A DNA stretch of 64,000 bases, taken from the NCBI RefSeq assembly GCF_006345805.1, contig NC_042997.1, positions 113,398,001 to 113,462,000 on the forward strand. Reading direction: 5' to 3'. Position numbers and translations under genes: made by a program. The number at the start of each line of letters is the position of its first letter. Positions within the stretch are counted from its first letter, which is position 1. The DNA comes from Octopus sinensis. Taxonomy: Eukaryota. Positions 48,040-61,390 of this stretch are shown here, piece after piece. The notes beneath the pieces are model-generated. The model worked only from the letters and a program-made list of their open reading frames with translations, was not told where the DNA came from and did not search any database.

Positions 48040-50600
48040 TTCAAGACACCTTTGTGACATCCTCATTGCTGCATCTATAATAACAGCCACCTATATTTTC
48101 ATCGTCGGCGATTTCTGTTAACCAGAGATTGATTGGGAAACCTTTTACTGGACACAGAGCGCAAATTATTTCCCTGATTTAGAGTTGGATTCAAACCAGT
48201 CCCAAGGAGTTACCACCCCGACAAGAGGTAACAACACTTTGGATCTGCAGTTCACCCTGACTACAGAAACTGTTACTGGCGTTTTTATTGGGAAACCGTT
48301 CGATCACGTTATGATTATTGCCAACCTGTGTCTTATGGACAGAGTGAAAAAAAAAAACCCACCACCTCCAAACGGCTCACTTTGATTGAAACAAAACTGA
48401 CTGGAATTCCTATTGTACTGAATTAGAACACCTTATCTGATTTAACATTTACGAGTCTGAAGATGCCAGAACCATCCTTCAGCACATTCTTCATCCAACC
48501 TGGGCCGCATACGAACCACCGATACGACGTTTGGAACCCACGAATGTGCAATATGGAAAGCTGAAGCAGTCCGACTTACTAGGAAAGAACGACAGGATGT
48601 TGAACGTGGATACAGGTTATGCAGAACATAGGAAAATAGAAAAAGGCGCAACAGCGCGTCCAGTCATATCAAGCCGGCTAAGAAGACATTACTTAAAATT
48701 TAACAATGCAGAACAGCCAACCAGGATAGTAAAGTGTTCTGGAAATATTTGCGTTCGAAACAGAGGCCTCATTATCCAATAAGCTCTGTTCACAATCCCA
48801 ACACAGATCAGATTACTGAAGATCTCAAAGAGTGTGTAGATCTTATTTTCGAATGCTATGCTAGCACTTTCGTTGTTGAAAATCCAAACGTTCTAGCTTC
48901 ACTGCTTTAGGTACCAAATCCCATAACATTTGTTGAATTTCCTCCTGTAATTCAGCGACACCACAAGTGTGTGCGCAACTATGTCTCCAATGGTCTTTAT
49001 AATGTCGCTCATTTCGCTTCTCAAACGCGGTGGTCTCTTTCTGCTGCATCAGCTCTCACTATCTTTCTCGTAATTCCGTTTTAATAACTGCGTTACTCCC
49101 AAACAATGGAAAATTGCCAGAGAGGATAACCTCATGTGACCTGTCAATTACCGTGTAGTCAGTCTCACAAGCTGTATTGCTAAATTGATGGAATCCTGTC
49201 TGAGAGATAACCTGCAACTTCTTGAAAAATTGTAACCTTATTCGCCCCTCACAAATACGATGTTCGTAATTGCAGATGTTGTGGCCAACTTATCGAATTT
49301 CTTGAAACCCCAATCACAAACGACTACAGTGAAACTTCCTGCAATGCGCATGGGGGTTAATCTTTATAACTTGTTGAAATCCTTCGTTCTCGATTGAAAA
49401 GAGATAGTCACAATAATAGGACAACATTCTGGACCTTAATCGATGACATCTGGTGTCCTGTAGGGATCTGTTTTTAGACCCCTGTTATTTGTTGCATACA
49501 TTAATGATATAGATCATTACGCAGACGACATTAAGCTGTACCTTGAGATGAAAACGACGAATACTGTGTGTAATAGATCTTTTCTGTAATCTGATCTGGA
49601 AACAACTCTGCAAAGGATTGGCAACTGACAACTCAAGCAGGCTGGCGACACCTTCAGATAGGAAAAACCCGGAATTTACCTGCTCTATTCATAAAATCAA
49701 CCTTAAGAAGGCTGCAGTTGAACGGGAATGAAGTATTGTTGTTGTTTGTTCCTTTTCGAGCCACGCCTGGCTCATTAGGGCTGGTTTCCCGGTTTCCTTG
49801 GCGTATAGGTTCCCCACCTGGACGGGACGCAGGTCCGTCGCAGGTGAGCTACAAGATGCAGGAGGAAAGAGTGAGAGAAAGTTGTGGCGAAAGAGTCAGT
49901 AGAAGTTCGCCATTTCCATCTGCCAGAGCCGCGTGGAGCTTAGGTGTTTCGCTTATAAGCACACACATCGCCCGGTCTGAGATTCGAACCCGCGATCCCC
50001 CGACCGCGAGTCCGCTGCTCTAACCACTAGATCATGTGCCTCCACGAAGTATTATAGTTAACGATCATTTATGTTGGACGTACGACTTCTCTAAAATCAT
50101 CAAAAAAGGCCGAGTTATCCTAGCATTACTTAGTAAGACCTTTGTCAGCCACTCAGTAGCTTTCTATTTAAAGCTGGTCACCACACATCTCAAGTCTGGA
50201 ACCCCTATTTTATTCAGAATATCGATCTGCTGGAACCTGTCCAGAGACGTGCAACCAAACGAATACCTTCTGCCAGTCACTTACCAAATCTCAAATGTAA
50301 TTGCCTCTCTGGGCATTGACACACTACGGTTTCGATATATAGAAGCTGACTTGGCAGAAACCCACAAAATTTTCCATCTTCCCAACAACTTTGATCATCT
50401 TTTTAACTGAATATCTCTACCATTCTGCATACTTGTAGAATAAAATAAAAACAGTGCAGCACCCTTGACTTTGGAAGCATTTGTTTTCACGGTCAGAATT
50501 GTCAGGTCATGGAATAAACGACGCATATCAGTTCTGTCAGGACATTGCCTCCTTCAAACATTCCACACTTCCTGAAAATTGCCAACATTCCTCCTGATGT
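48040..50600 (+). mobile_element. Decayed CR1-type LINE ORF2 (APE endonuclease + RT)
   Basis: IFIVGDFC*PEIDW, PTRGNNTLDL, NYRVVSLTSCIAKLMES, GVL*GSVFRPLLFVAYIND..YADDIKLY. Confidence 0.85.
49715..50045 (-). mobile_element. S3 SINE inserted in the CR1, CpG-rich
   Basis: Minus strand gtggaggcacatgatctagtggttagagcagcggactcgcggtc...ggttcgaatc head. Confidence 0.85.
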
Positions 50601-51061
50601 ATTAATCTACACTTTCTTCTTTTAAGACTCTTTTAATGTTCATTTTTCTATCTTTTTCTTTTATATTCTGCATATTGCGTATGTATTTCTTAGCTTTCGT
50701 TGCTGTCTTTCCCGTCTTGACTTACACGTCTGCTTTCTGTCTCTTTTAACCTTTTTCTGACGAACTGAACGCTCCTATGTTCATTATTATACATACAATC
50801 TATACACGATATACTCTCTCTCTCTCTCTCTCTCTCTCTTTACTCTTTTATTTGTTTCAGTCATTTGACTGTGGCCATGCTGGAGCACCGCCTTTAGTCG
50901 AGCAAATCGACCCCAGGACTTATTCTTTGTAAGCCTAGTACTTATTCTTTCGATCTCTTTTGCCGAACCGCTAAGTTACGGGGACGTAAACACACCAGCA
51001 TCGGTTGTCAAGCGATGCTGGGGAGAAGTGGACAAACACAAACGTATACACACACACATAC

Positions 51062-51132
<71 letters not shown>

Positions 51133-51254
51133 TACTTGGAAGAAAAGAAACGAAACGATGCGAGAGCGCTCAGTCATATAATAATTTAATAAATAAAATA
51201 TATGCATACATACATGCATATATGTACGTACCTACATCTATATGTATATATACA

Positions 51255-51321
<67 letters not shown>

Positions 51322-51330
51322 TATATATAT

Positions 51331-51509
51331 GAGTACAGGACACCACAAATAAACGTAGAAACGAAAACATAAAAACAAACTAGGAAACGGACTTTTTTTA
51401 ACAACGAAAAAACAAGTACAAGACAAACAATTCAAGGAATATTTCCCTTCATCAGCTGTTCCTGGTTCGACTCAATGCGTGTCGTTGTGTTCTACGTTTA
51501 TTTCTGGTG
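51331..51509. mobile_element. Small TIR element in (TA)n with a degenerate hammerhead-like core (51421-51460, -)
   Basis: 30-bp TIR gagtacaggacaccacaaataaacgtagaa; minus strand aacag-CTGATGA-AGGGA-aata-TTCCT-t-GAA. Confidence 0.7.
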
Positions 51510-51531
51510 TCCTGTACTCATATATATATAT

Positions 51532-51633
<102 letters not shown>

Positions 51634-51640
51634 CTGTCAT

Positions 51641-51760
51641 GCTTTTAGTTGTCAGAAGTGAAAGTAGAAAAATCTGACGTCAGACGTCAACTTCGAAGGT
51701 GGACGAGTGACGTCAAATTGACGTCACACTTTTTCTACTTTCCTCCTGACAACTAAAAGC
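51641..51760. mobile_element. 120-bp TIR element containing three perfect TGACGTCA (CRE) sites
   Basis: TIR gcttttagttgtcag..gaaagtagaaaaa; CRE at 51675, 51708 and 51719. Confidence 0.75.
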
Positions 51761-52570
51761 CGGGCTTCTTTCAGTTTCCGTCTACCAAATCCACTCACAA
51801 GGCTTTGGTCGGTCCGAGGTTATAGTAGAAGACACTTGCTTAAAGTGTCACACAGTTGGACTGAACCCGGAATCAAGCAAGCTACTTACCACACAGCCAC
51901 TCCTGCGCCTATACCTACATATATATATTTACACACTAACATGTGTTAGTGTATAACCATACATACACATAACATACAACTCATACATGCACCCCACACA
52001 CACATGTGCATGGCTGTGTGGTTAAGAAGCTCGTTTACAGCCACGTGCTTTCGGGTTCAATCCCACTTGACGGAACCTTCGGTAAATGTCTCCTGCTAGA
52101 TAGAGTCCCGGGCCGGCTAATGACTTGTGAATAAATTTTTTCGACGGAAAATATAAGTGTGTGTACGTGTACCGTTGTGCTTTTGATAACCGGTGCTGGT
52201 TTGTTTACGCCCTCGGAACCGAACTGTCCAGCAAATGACACTGTTAGGATAAGTATCAGACTTAAAAATTACTGGGGTTGATCTGTTCAACCAAAACTTT
52301 TCAGGATGGCGCCCCAGCATGGCCGCGATCTTAAGACTCAAACGAGATAAAGATACATACATACATATGCATAGGTACACGAAAATGAATATATAAGTGT
52401 TCGTCCCTCCAGGTGTGTGTGTGTGTGTGTATGTGTGTGTGTGTGTATGTGTGTGTAGATAGATAGACACAGATAGATCGATCGACAGATAGATAAATAG
52501 ATAGATATATAAGTAGAAAGATAGATGGGTAGATAAATAGAAAGATAGATAGATAGATAGATAGAAAGAC

Positions 52571-52625
<55 letters not shown>

Positions 52626-52696
52626 TAGATAGATAGATAGATAGATAGATTAATAGAAAGATGGATAGATAGATAAATAGAAAGATAGACAGACAG

Positions 52697-52751
<55 letters not shown>

Positions 52752-53710
52752 AGAGAGATCCCCACATCTATACACGAATGCATATGTAGATATAGATGTA
52801 GAAGATCTATAAATACATTCTGCCTGTTCTTTCGATAATCTCCCTAACTCCCTCTTTCATCGTATTTCCTCGACCTTGATCCTACTCCGAACCCTTTTAA
52901 TTCCGAATACATTCCCTTAAAAATGTCACGAAGCCTCATTTTCATTTCATAGCTATTCCAGGTGTATTATGTATCATAGGTTCCTCAATTAGTCAAAAGC
53001 ACTCTCTTGCAGAGCTACCCTATTTTTGCTAATTACCATTCTAATTAAACAGGGGTGGTCTTTTAATATTCCTTATTACTCAATACAAAGATTAGTCAAC
53101 ATTCAAGGGAGACAACCGGTAAGAGCATTTTAGCGAGGCTTTGAAACAGCGAGAAATTTCAAAATATCGATTATTACTTCCTTGTCGATCAGGCTTCTTA
53201 TAGTTCGAATGCTTTCAGCAGCAGCGTTTTTATTTAAGACTGTCTTTATATTACATTACACGATTATTTGTTCGCTAATATCTACACACGATGTGTCGTG
53301 TATCAACGTTTACCGAGGACGGAATGAAAAGGTTATTAGAATCTAACATATCCTAGGTAGGTATGTTTGTGTATGTACCTATGTATGTCTATATATGTGT
53401 ATATGTATCTATATTTATGTATATAATCAGTGTAACAACACATGATCTGCACGCACTCACACACGTCCTATATAATTGGTTATCACTTCCAATATCGAGA
53501 GAATATTCTCTATTCTCTGGTGTTCTTTGCGAACTCCCTAATTTATCAGCATGGTTAAATCGATTTGTCCCTTTTCTTACAGTACAGGACCCACTTGTTT
53601 TCAGGAATATAATTTCTCGTTGATAAATGTTTCGTTTTGGTTTTACTTTTTTTTATTCTATTCTTGCGGTGGGTGAGTGGACGAGCAATGAGCTTCTCAC
53701 AGAGACTCAC

Positions 53711-53795
53711 CATACACACAACACGTGTTTCTCTGTACAAAGTAAAACAGGAAGAGCAAAGACAACACACAATAAACACACTCTGATGAATGAGA
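53711..53795 (-). promoter_or_regulatory. Candidate first exon of a minus-strand gene ending in ATG at the donor
   Basis: Minus strand ATG|GTGAGT (ATG 53713-53711), Inr-like TCATTC at 53793-53788, CpG-rich context. Confidence 0.45.
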
Positions 53796-53870
53796 AAGAA
53801 CGAACGACGAGCGAAATAGAAAGAGAAAATATATAAAGAGAAACCAGATTAGGTTAGATAATATATATAG

Positions 53871-53915
<45 letters not shown>

Positions 53916-54137
53916 TATAGGTACTACTTAATACATGTGTACTACTGGATACGTGTGTGTGTGTATTTAAAATATATTTACTATATATGTAAATAAATTA
54001 TATGTATTACTATATTTATATTATACATGTATGTTATATATGTAAGTAAATTCATAATAGATACGATCTATATATTTATATAATATAAATTTAAATTATG
54101 TATATATAAATTATATAATATATATACATATACACAC

Positions 54138-54173
<36 letters not shown>

Positions 54174-54219
54174 ATATATATATATACACACACTACACAC
54201 ATATACACACACACACTAT

Positions 54220-54299
<80 letters not shown>

Positions 54300-54303
<4 letters not shown>

Positions 54304-54511
54304 TGTGTTTGAGCGAAAGAGAGACAGACAGAGAGAGAGCGGAGGGTGGTGCTCCACCTTTGTTGATTACTTAGCGACTCCGTTGTATAACAGCCACCAT
54401 CGTAATCACTCGCTGCTGCCAACATGTAAACACATACACGCGCTCGCAAACACACACGTAGTTTTATTTGCACTCCTTCAAAATTACTACAAGTTCTCTG
54501 AGACGACGTGG
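54300..54511 (+). promoter_or_regulatory. Candidate non-coding first exon / promoter of a plus-strand gene
   Basis: (GA)n run, CpG-rich unique sequence, GG|GTAAGC donor at 54512. Confidence 0.45.
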
Positions 54512-55190
54512 GTAAGCAATACAAAACAATAACACAGTGTCGTAGAATACACACATACTACTATATACATAATATATATATATACACGAATATCTGCCGT
54601 TGAAATCGGTGGGTGAGATGAGGTGCGGAAGCATATTTAGTTTGATCAGGGATTAAAAATATTTTAAAGAAAAGGCACGAGGATTTTAGATTTTAGTTTT
54701 ATTTCATGGATATTTTTCTAAGAAGGAAAAAATAGAAATAGGGACGAATAGCTAAAACGAAGAGAAAATAACGAAAGCCGGGTGGACACGTTTTTTGAAG
54801 CAGGTGCTTTTTGTCTTGTGATTCGGCGTCGTTTACGATTTGAAAAGTTTATATATATATAAATATATTTGGTGTTTTTGTTTGGGGATTTTTCTGTTTT
54901 AATTTAACTTTTACTTCTTCAGTTTCTCTTTTCGATGGAAAATCTGTATTCCACTTTCTTTCTTCATTTGTTTTGAAACTGTTGTATATCAAATCTAATT
55001 TTCTCTAATCTAAAGTATAAAAAAACAAACAAAAATCGATAAGATTTAAAAAAAGAGAAATAATCCGTATATTTGTGTTTAATATTCATTTCATGTAACT
55101 AAAACTAGACTGAGATTTAGAGAAAAAACAAGAAACAACATTTAAAAAAGGTTGGAAGTGATTTCTTTCTGCCTGCCCACCGTCGTCTTC

Positions 55191-55251
<61 letters not shown>

Positions 55252-55974
55252 TTATACACGCACGCACGCACACACACATATATACGTATGCACACACACA
55301 CACACACGCGTATATGCTCGTATATTTTTATTTATTATGTGTTGAGGCTAGACACACAACGTTAACAGCATCGCGTGTCTCTCCACGATAACAAGGTCAC
55401 GGCCGACCTCGGAATTTTGTCAACAACAGATTCTACTCCAAAACAAAAACACAACAAAAAAAAAATCCGTTTTATTTTTGTTGTTGTTATTTTGATTATT
55501 ATTTTAAAAACTCTGACCAGTTATTTCTGTGTCCACATTTTTCCAAGAAAAAAAAACAAAGCATTGCAGTAAGTCTAATTTTTTCTATTTTTTCTTACAT
55601 TCTTCAATGAAATTATTTGTTCTGTAACAACTATGCCATTTATTTCTCCTCCTTTGCTGAAGGAACCAAAAGAAAAAAGAAAAATTCCTTTTTGTTGTTC
55701 TTTATTTATCTTTTTTCATACAAACTACTTTCTCTCATTCCGTTTATTTCCAATGCCATAAACACTTGCAATACATTTCCTCACTTCTTTTTAAAGGATA
55801 GAAAAATACAAACTTTGTTTACTTTTAATTAAATTTCTTATATAACTTTGCCGAGTTTTTTTTTTCGTCCACCCAAACTTTCTGTAGACGTTAGCATAAT
55901 TTCTGAAACTCTTTTTGTTGTTGTTTTCGTTAGTCATTCAGAGCCGAGAAAAAGGCGCACACTCCGCGGTAAAC

Positions 55975-55991
55975 ATGGCTAAGTCGTCCAC
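55975..55991 (+). CDS. Candidate first coding segment MAKSS(T) in exon ~55934-55991
   Basis: aaacATGG start context, GTATGC donor at 55992; exon starts either at the ttgttttcgttag acceptor or at Inr-like TCATTC. Confidence 0.45.
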
Positions 55992-58943
55992 GTATGCCCT
56001 CGAAACTCGCCTCTATTTCCCAAGCCGTTGTTGCAGTGTTTATGTATGTTGCTATGTAGCACTAATAATTTTAATATTCGAAAATAAGAATAAGAGAGGA
56101 AGTATATAAATATATTTACACACATAAGTTTTAGGGGCATTTTAAAGGAGCAATAAAACCAGCAATATGTTTGATGGTTGTTTATAAAAACTTGTTTATA
56201 TTTTTAGATAATAAAGCTATTTAAATACTCCGTCTCAAACTAGGTACTTTAAATTTATTTTTTCTGTTTCAATACCTGACTGACTAGGGTCAAATTAAGT
56301 TATATTTAGTTGTTTTCCCATCTTAATTTCTTTCCAATATTCATTTAATAACATCAATTTGCACCACGTTCCTTTGACAAGAGAGGGAGAGAAACAAGGA
56401 ATTCGATTTTCCGGGGGCTGTCTGGCTTCCTTCTAAAATGGAAATATTATTCAGAAATTAGTCATACTGACATTATATATATATATATATATATATAATG
56501 AGGTTAGGGGTGACTCTGGAAATTATTATTATTGTTGTTGTTGTTATGTGCCTTTTTCACTTTTTGAATTGAATGGTAATACAAGATGTGTGAACCTTTC
56601 GCATAATTCTGAATGTTAATGTGAAGTGCTTGCTATGCACTCAGTCACATCAACGGATGGAAGTTATACTTTATATATCTACATCTACATATTTATATAA
56701 TATATCTCTATATCTACACATGACAAGTATAGAATACGTGGAACATTCTCTTCTTTAACCCAGGGCCTTCTCTCAGAGTCACTTTACAGCTGGTAGAATT
56801 ATCTTACGCCCGGCTGACACCAAAATAGCGACCTTCACACGTCCTTGACATTTTTATAGAATTTTGGAACATATTTAATTTACTATCAACTTTTCTTTCC
56901 ACTGGATTTTCTGCTGTTTTTTCTTTTATTTTACATTGTTTGAAGATGTGTTTGCGTTAGATCTTCAAAACACTTCATATTATATTTTTTAAAAGAAATT
57001 ATTCGTTGACTTATTTTAAAAATAATTTACTAATTTTAAAATCCTATTTTAATGCTTATTGGCAGTTTTTAATTACTTTTTTTTGTAGATTACATAATAA
57101 ATAAATCTTATTTTCTATGTTAACAATCGACTCATATTTTTAAATTCTATTTTTGTTCTTTTTGATAACTGAATTTAAGAATATCTGACTTTTGTGAGAT
57201 ATTCTTCACACTATCAGTCGGTGTTTTTAAGGTCAAGGTGACTGTTCTGTTTAATAGTGATATCTGCCTTATATTTTATCATTATTTAATTACTAATAAA
57301 TTATAATTACTTTTTTTAAATGAGGATATGCCTTAATAGTGCTTTTAGCCTTTTATATTCTTTAATTATCTGTAATTAGTGACCAACATTATTATATTTC
57401 AAAATTTACTTTATTTGATGAGTGTTTTCTTTATTTGTAGTTATTTGTATCGTTTTTTTTTTTTTAAGACGAGGCCTAGAAACGAAATGAAACTAACTGA
57501 TAATTAATATAGACTGTAGGATCGAAAGTATATATACCAATTATTACTCTCTCTTTTACTAATTAACACCTTTCATTAGGGCAAGAATTATCACAAAGTA
57601 TGAGTTAATTAACATTGTTTGAATATTTCTGTCCAGGTGACTTAGTCACACCTGCTTTAAGAACAGATGTTTTTAACCTGACAATTTCATTTTTTTTAAC
57701 CGAATCGTCATCATCCTCGTCACTTTTCTGTTAAATAGTTTTTCATTATTACAGAATTTAATTTTTCAATCTTAATATTTAAATTTTTCCCTAAAGATTT
57801 TTCTCACGTTTTTACTCCTAATGCAAATAAACCTTAACAATGTTAGGTTAAAGAAGTTTGACGTGTGGCTGGGGGGGGGGTCAGTTTTATTTGCTTTTAT
57901 GGCGAGTTTGTTAAATAATCACACAAGTTTTGTCACATGCCGTCAACCTAACGACATGGCCGTCTGATCTGCTACACTGGTTCTTTCCCAACTTTCCCTG
58001 TTAACGCTTCCATGCCACCACACAGCACTATGCCATCGTATTGATTAATACTTCTGCACCGTGGTCGAAATGTTTCTATAACAAATTCTATCGATATTCA
58101 ATACATATCAAGCTGTCATCATTTTTCGTGATTGATCCGTGTAGAGTAGAGGTCAATTGTCAAGGATGCGAGTTCGCTTCTCGGCCTGAATCGTTTTGTC
58201 ACATTTACATATTTAATGACCCGGAAAGGAAATTAGACATTACAGCAGGCTGTTTCTCGTCCTTTACGAAACTGGCTTTCTAAATTATGTAACATTACCT
58301 GTTCCCGCTTTAGTGGCCGTGGCAGCGGTTAGTGCAGAGAAGTGTATTAAATTACTTAGAATATCTACTCAAATACCACACTGATTTTTTTTAAACGTTT
58401 TTTTTTTTATTCAATTGAGTTTTGCTTGGTTGCCTTTGCCACGATCTCACCCATATGAAATAAATACCAGTAATCTATCAAGGTGGAAACAATTAGCTAC
58501 TCCTCACATTTCCTATAATAAACAACAAAACATACTTTGTACTGAAAAAACAAAGCACTATTATATTCATCCTAAATCATCGTAATCGTTTTAACGTCTA
58601 CTTTCCCAAGCTTGCATGGGTCAGACGGAATTTGTTGAGGCAGATTTTTTTCCTGCTGCTGGATGCCCTTCCAGTCGCTAATTTTCAACTGTTCCTCATC
58701 AAAGTAATACTTCATGGAAGATTGGAAATAAATAATCCCGCTTGTATGACAGTGATGCTTGTTTACAACCATCATCTAGTATCAAGGCAAAGATATGATG
58801 GGTTCAAATTTTCAAGGTGATGTCCCGGCATGACCACAGTCCAATGACTGAAAAAAGTAAAAATAAATCTCGTAAGTCTGAATATTTGAGATGAAATATT
58901 ATTCTTGACAAAAACATATTTCAGACCATTAATCATTGTATTC

Positions 58944-59349
58944 ACCATATATACTATAAAACGCACCCCCGACTTATAAGGTTTGAATCGGGAATTTTAT
59001 CATTTACTCGACTGTAAATCTGCAGCAAATTTCACGATGCTGGAGAGCAAAGTTTGATTAGGAATCGCGCCGACATAGTTGTTGTTTGGTAACCAGGCTT
59101 TCAGTAAGCTGAAGATTACTTACAACAACTGTTATCCCATTAAGTCCATGCGTTTTTAGAAACCATTGTTTATAATGTAAAATTTTATCCTTTTTGGTTA
59201 TTCCAAATGTCAGAACTTCAAACATGGCTTCTAACTTGAAAATATCTGAAGATTTTTTTATAGGATGCACTTATAAGTCGAACCCCCCACCAACTTTAGG
59301 TGTGAATTTCAGGGAAAGATGTATGACTTATAGCTGAGCATATATGGTA
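58944..59349. mobile_element. pogo/Tigger-like MITE
   Basis: accatatatact...gacttataag left end; gacttatagctgagcatatatggta right end. Confidence 0.55.
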
Positions 59350-59369
59350 TTTAATATATATATATATAT

Positions 59370-59640
59370 ATCATCATTATCGTTTAACGTCCATTTTCCG
59401 TGCTAGCATGGGGTGGACGGTTCGACTGGGGTCTGGGAAGCCAGGAGGCTGCACGAGGCTCCAGTCTGATCTGGCAGTGTTTCTATGGCTGGATGCCCTT
59501 CCTAACGCCAACCACTCCGTGAGTGTAGTGGGTGCTTTTTACGTGCCAGGGGAGGCTAGCAACGCCCACGATCGGTTGGTGGTTTTTTCGTGCCACCGGC
59601 ACGGAAGCCAGCCAAGGCGGCATATCATGTGGTCATTTAA
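59370..59640 (-). mobile_element. RTE 3' UTR fragment
   Basis: Standard tail in reverse. Confidence 0.8.
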
Positions 59641-60234
59641 CAGGATGTTATCAAGCTTGAGGCTATGAATAAACAAACACAATCAGAATAGATAATCAAT
59701 GATTTCTGTAAGTGTTGGGGTCGATTTCTTCAACTAAACTCTTAAAAGCAGTACTCCAGCATGGCCACATGCTAATAATTGAAACAAGTGAAAGGATATT
59801 GTTAATTAATGAAGCTCTAATAAGTCTGGGATGCATCCTGTCTTGGTTTATTATTAGTTACTGCTTTGTCACTGAAAACATAAGTGTTCAGGTTTGTGTA
59901 CTATTAATTGCTGTTAATTACTCATTAAGCATTCTTTTAATTGTAAAAGTGGATGAAAATAGAAACTTTTTAATTAAGTCAGGGTGTGAAGGAGACATTG
60001 CAGGTGCCTTTCAAATGTGAAAGAATTAATAAAAAAATAAATAATAAAAAAACTGAGCCTCGAATTCTTCTCAAAGTTAGTTGTAACATTATTTACACCA
60101 TTTAAAATGTTGTCCTTTGTAGGACGGACACGCTCTGTTGGCAAATAAACTTTACACCATGTCACCTTCAGAAAAAATACCTGTTGACCCCTTTGTTACC
60201 ATATAGGCACAAGTGTCCACCCCATGCTAGCACA

Positions 60235-60640
60235 TCATCATCATCATTGTTATCATTGTCGTTTAACAAGCCGCTTTCCATGCGGTTTGACTGAGGACTG
60301 GTGAGCCAGAAGGCTGCACCAGGCTCCAATTCGATCTGGTAAGGTTTCTACAGCTGGATGCCCTTCCTAATGCCAACCACCCTGAGAGTGTAGTGGGTGC
60401 CTTTTACGTTCCACCAGCATGAGGGCCAGTTAGGCGGTACTGGCATCGGCCACACTTGAATGGTGCTTTTTACGTGCCACCGGCACAGGAGCCAGTCAGG
60501 TGGGACTGGCAATGACCACACTTGAATGGTGCTTTTTACATTCTACCATCACGGGAGCCAGTCAGGTGGCACTGGCATTGACCATGCTTGAATGGTGATT
60601 TTTATGTGCCACCGGCACAGGAGTCAGTCAGGTGACACTG
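60235..60640 (-). mobile_element. RTE 3' UTR with about four tandem units
   Basis: Repeated cttgaatggtgctttttacgtgccaccggcacaggagccagtcagg. Confidence 0.85.
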
Positions 60641-60649
60641 GCAGAAACT

Positions 60650-60985
60650 TGTTTCCTAACCATGTGGCTTCGGATTCAGTCCTGAGCCCTGAGACAAGTG
60701 TTTTCTACTATTGTTGTAAGTGAATTTAGTTAACAGAATCTGAAAGAAGTGTGTGTGTGTGTGTCCGCCTTTGTGTAGACATCACATGGTGATTGTAAAT
60801 GAGCATCATTGTCATACAAGCGAGGTTGTTTGAGTCTTCCAAGTAAAAAAAATGTCTGGCCAAGAGGAGATAAAGGCTGGTGACAGGAAGGGCATCTGGC
60901 CTCTGTAGAAAATCTGCCTCAGCAAAATCTGTCTGATCCTTGCAAGCATGGGAAAGTGGATGTTAAATGATAAGGATGATGATGG
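60650..60985 (+). mobile_element. S1b SINE with RTE-type 3' tail
   Basis: S1-like head, then aggaagggcatctggc...gcaagcatgggaaagtggatgttaaatgat. Confidence 0.7.
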
Positions 60986-61347
60986 TTTCTATTGAAATTA
61001 CACTGGTTTTGTTTCATTGAATTTTGAAAAATGATAAAGAATTTAATTAAGTAACTTTGTCATCATTAAACTTGTGTTTGAAATGTAGTAAATTAACATG
61101 AAATATTATGGAAGGTTTTAATTTCAGTCATTTTAAAACTAGAAAATAGTTATCATAGAATGAAGAGCCGTGCTGGACAGGTTGGTATCGAAAGTGGTTA
61201 ATGCCAGCCAACTCAAGACTGTCATGAATCTAAAATGCAAACTGCTTGTTTTAAAGTGTGCTAATTAAGTCTCTCATAAAAGTTTAATGTTAATTTAATG
61301 CCCAAATACCATTTTGATAATAACCTACTTCTAGCTGAACAATTATT

Positions 61348-61390
61348 CTGTGCTGATGAAGGGAAATAACCCAGAAATCGCGATACACAG
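61348..61390 (+). ncRNA. Minimal type I hammerhead-ribozyme motif, best-preserved core
   Basis: CTGTG-CTGATGA-A-GGG-aaataa-CCC-A-GAAA-TCGCGA-TA-CACAG; 5-bp stem I, palindromic stem III ATCGCGAT. Confidence 0.65.
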
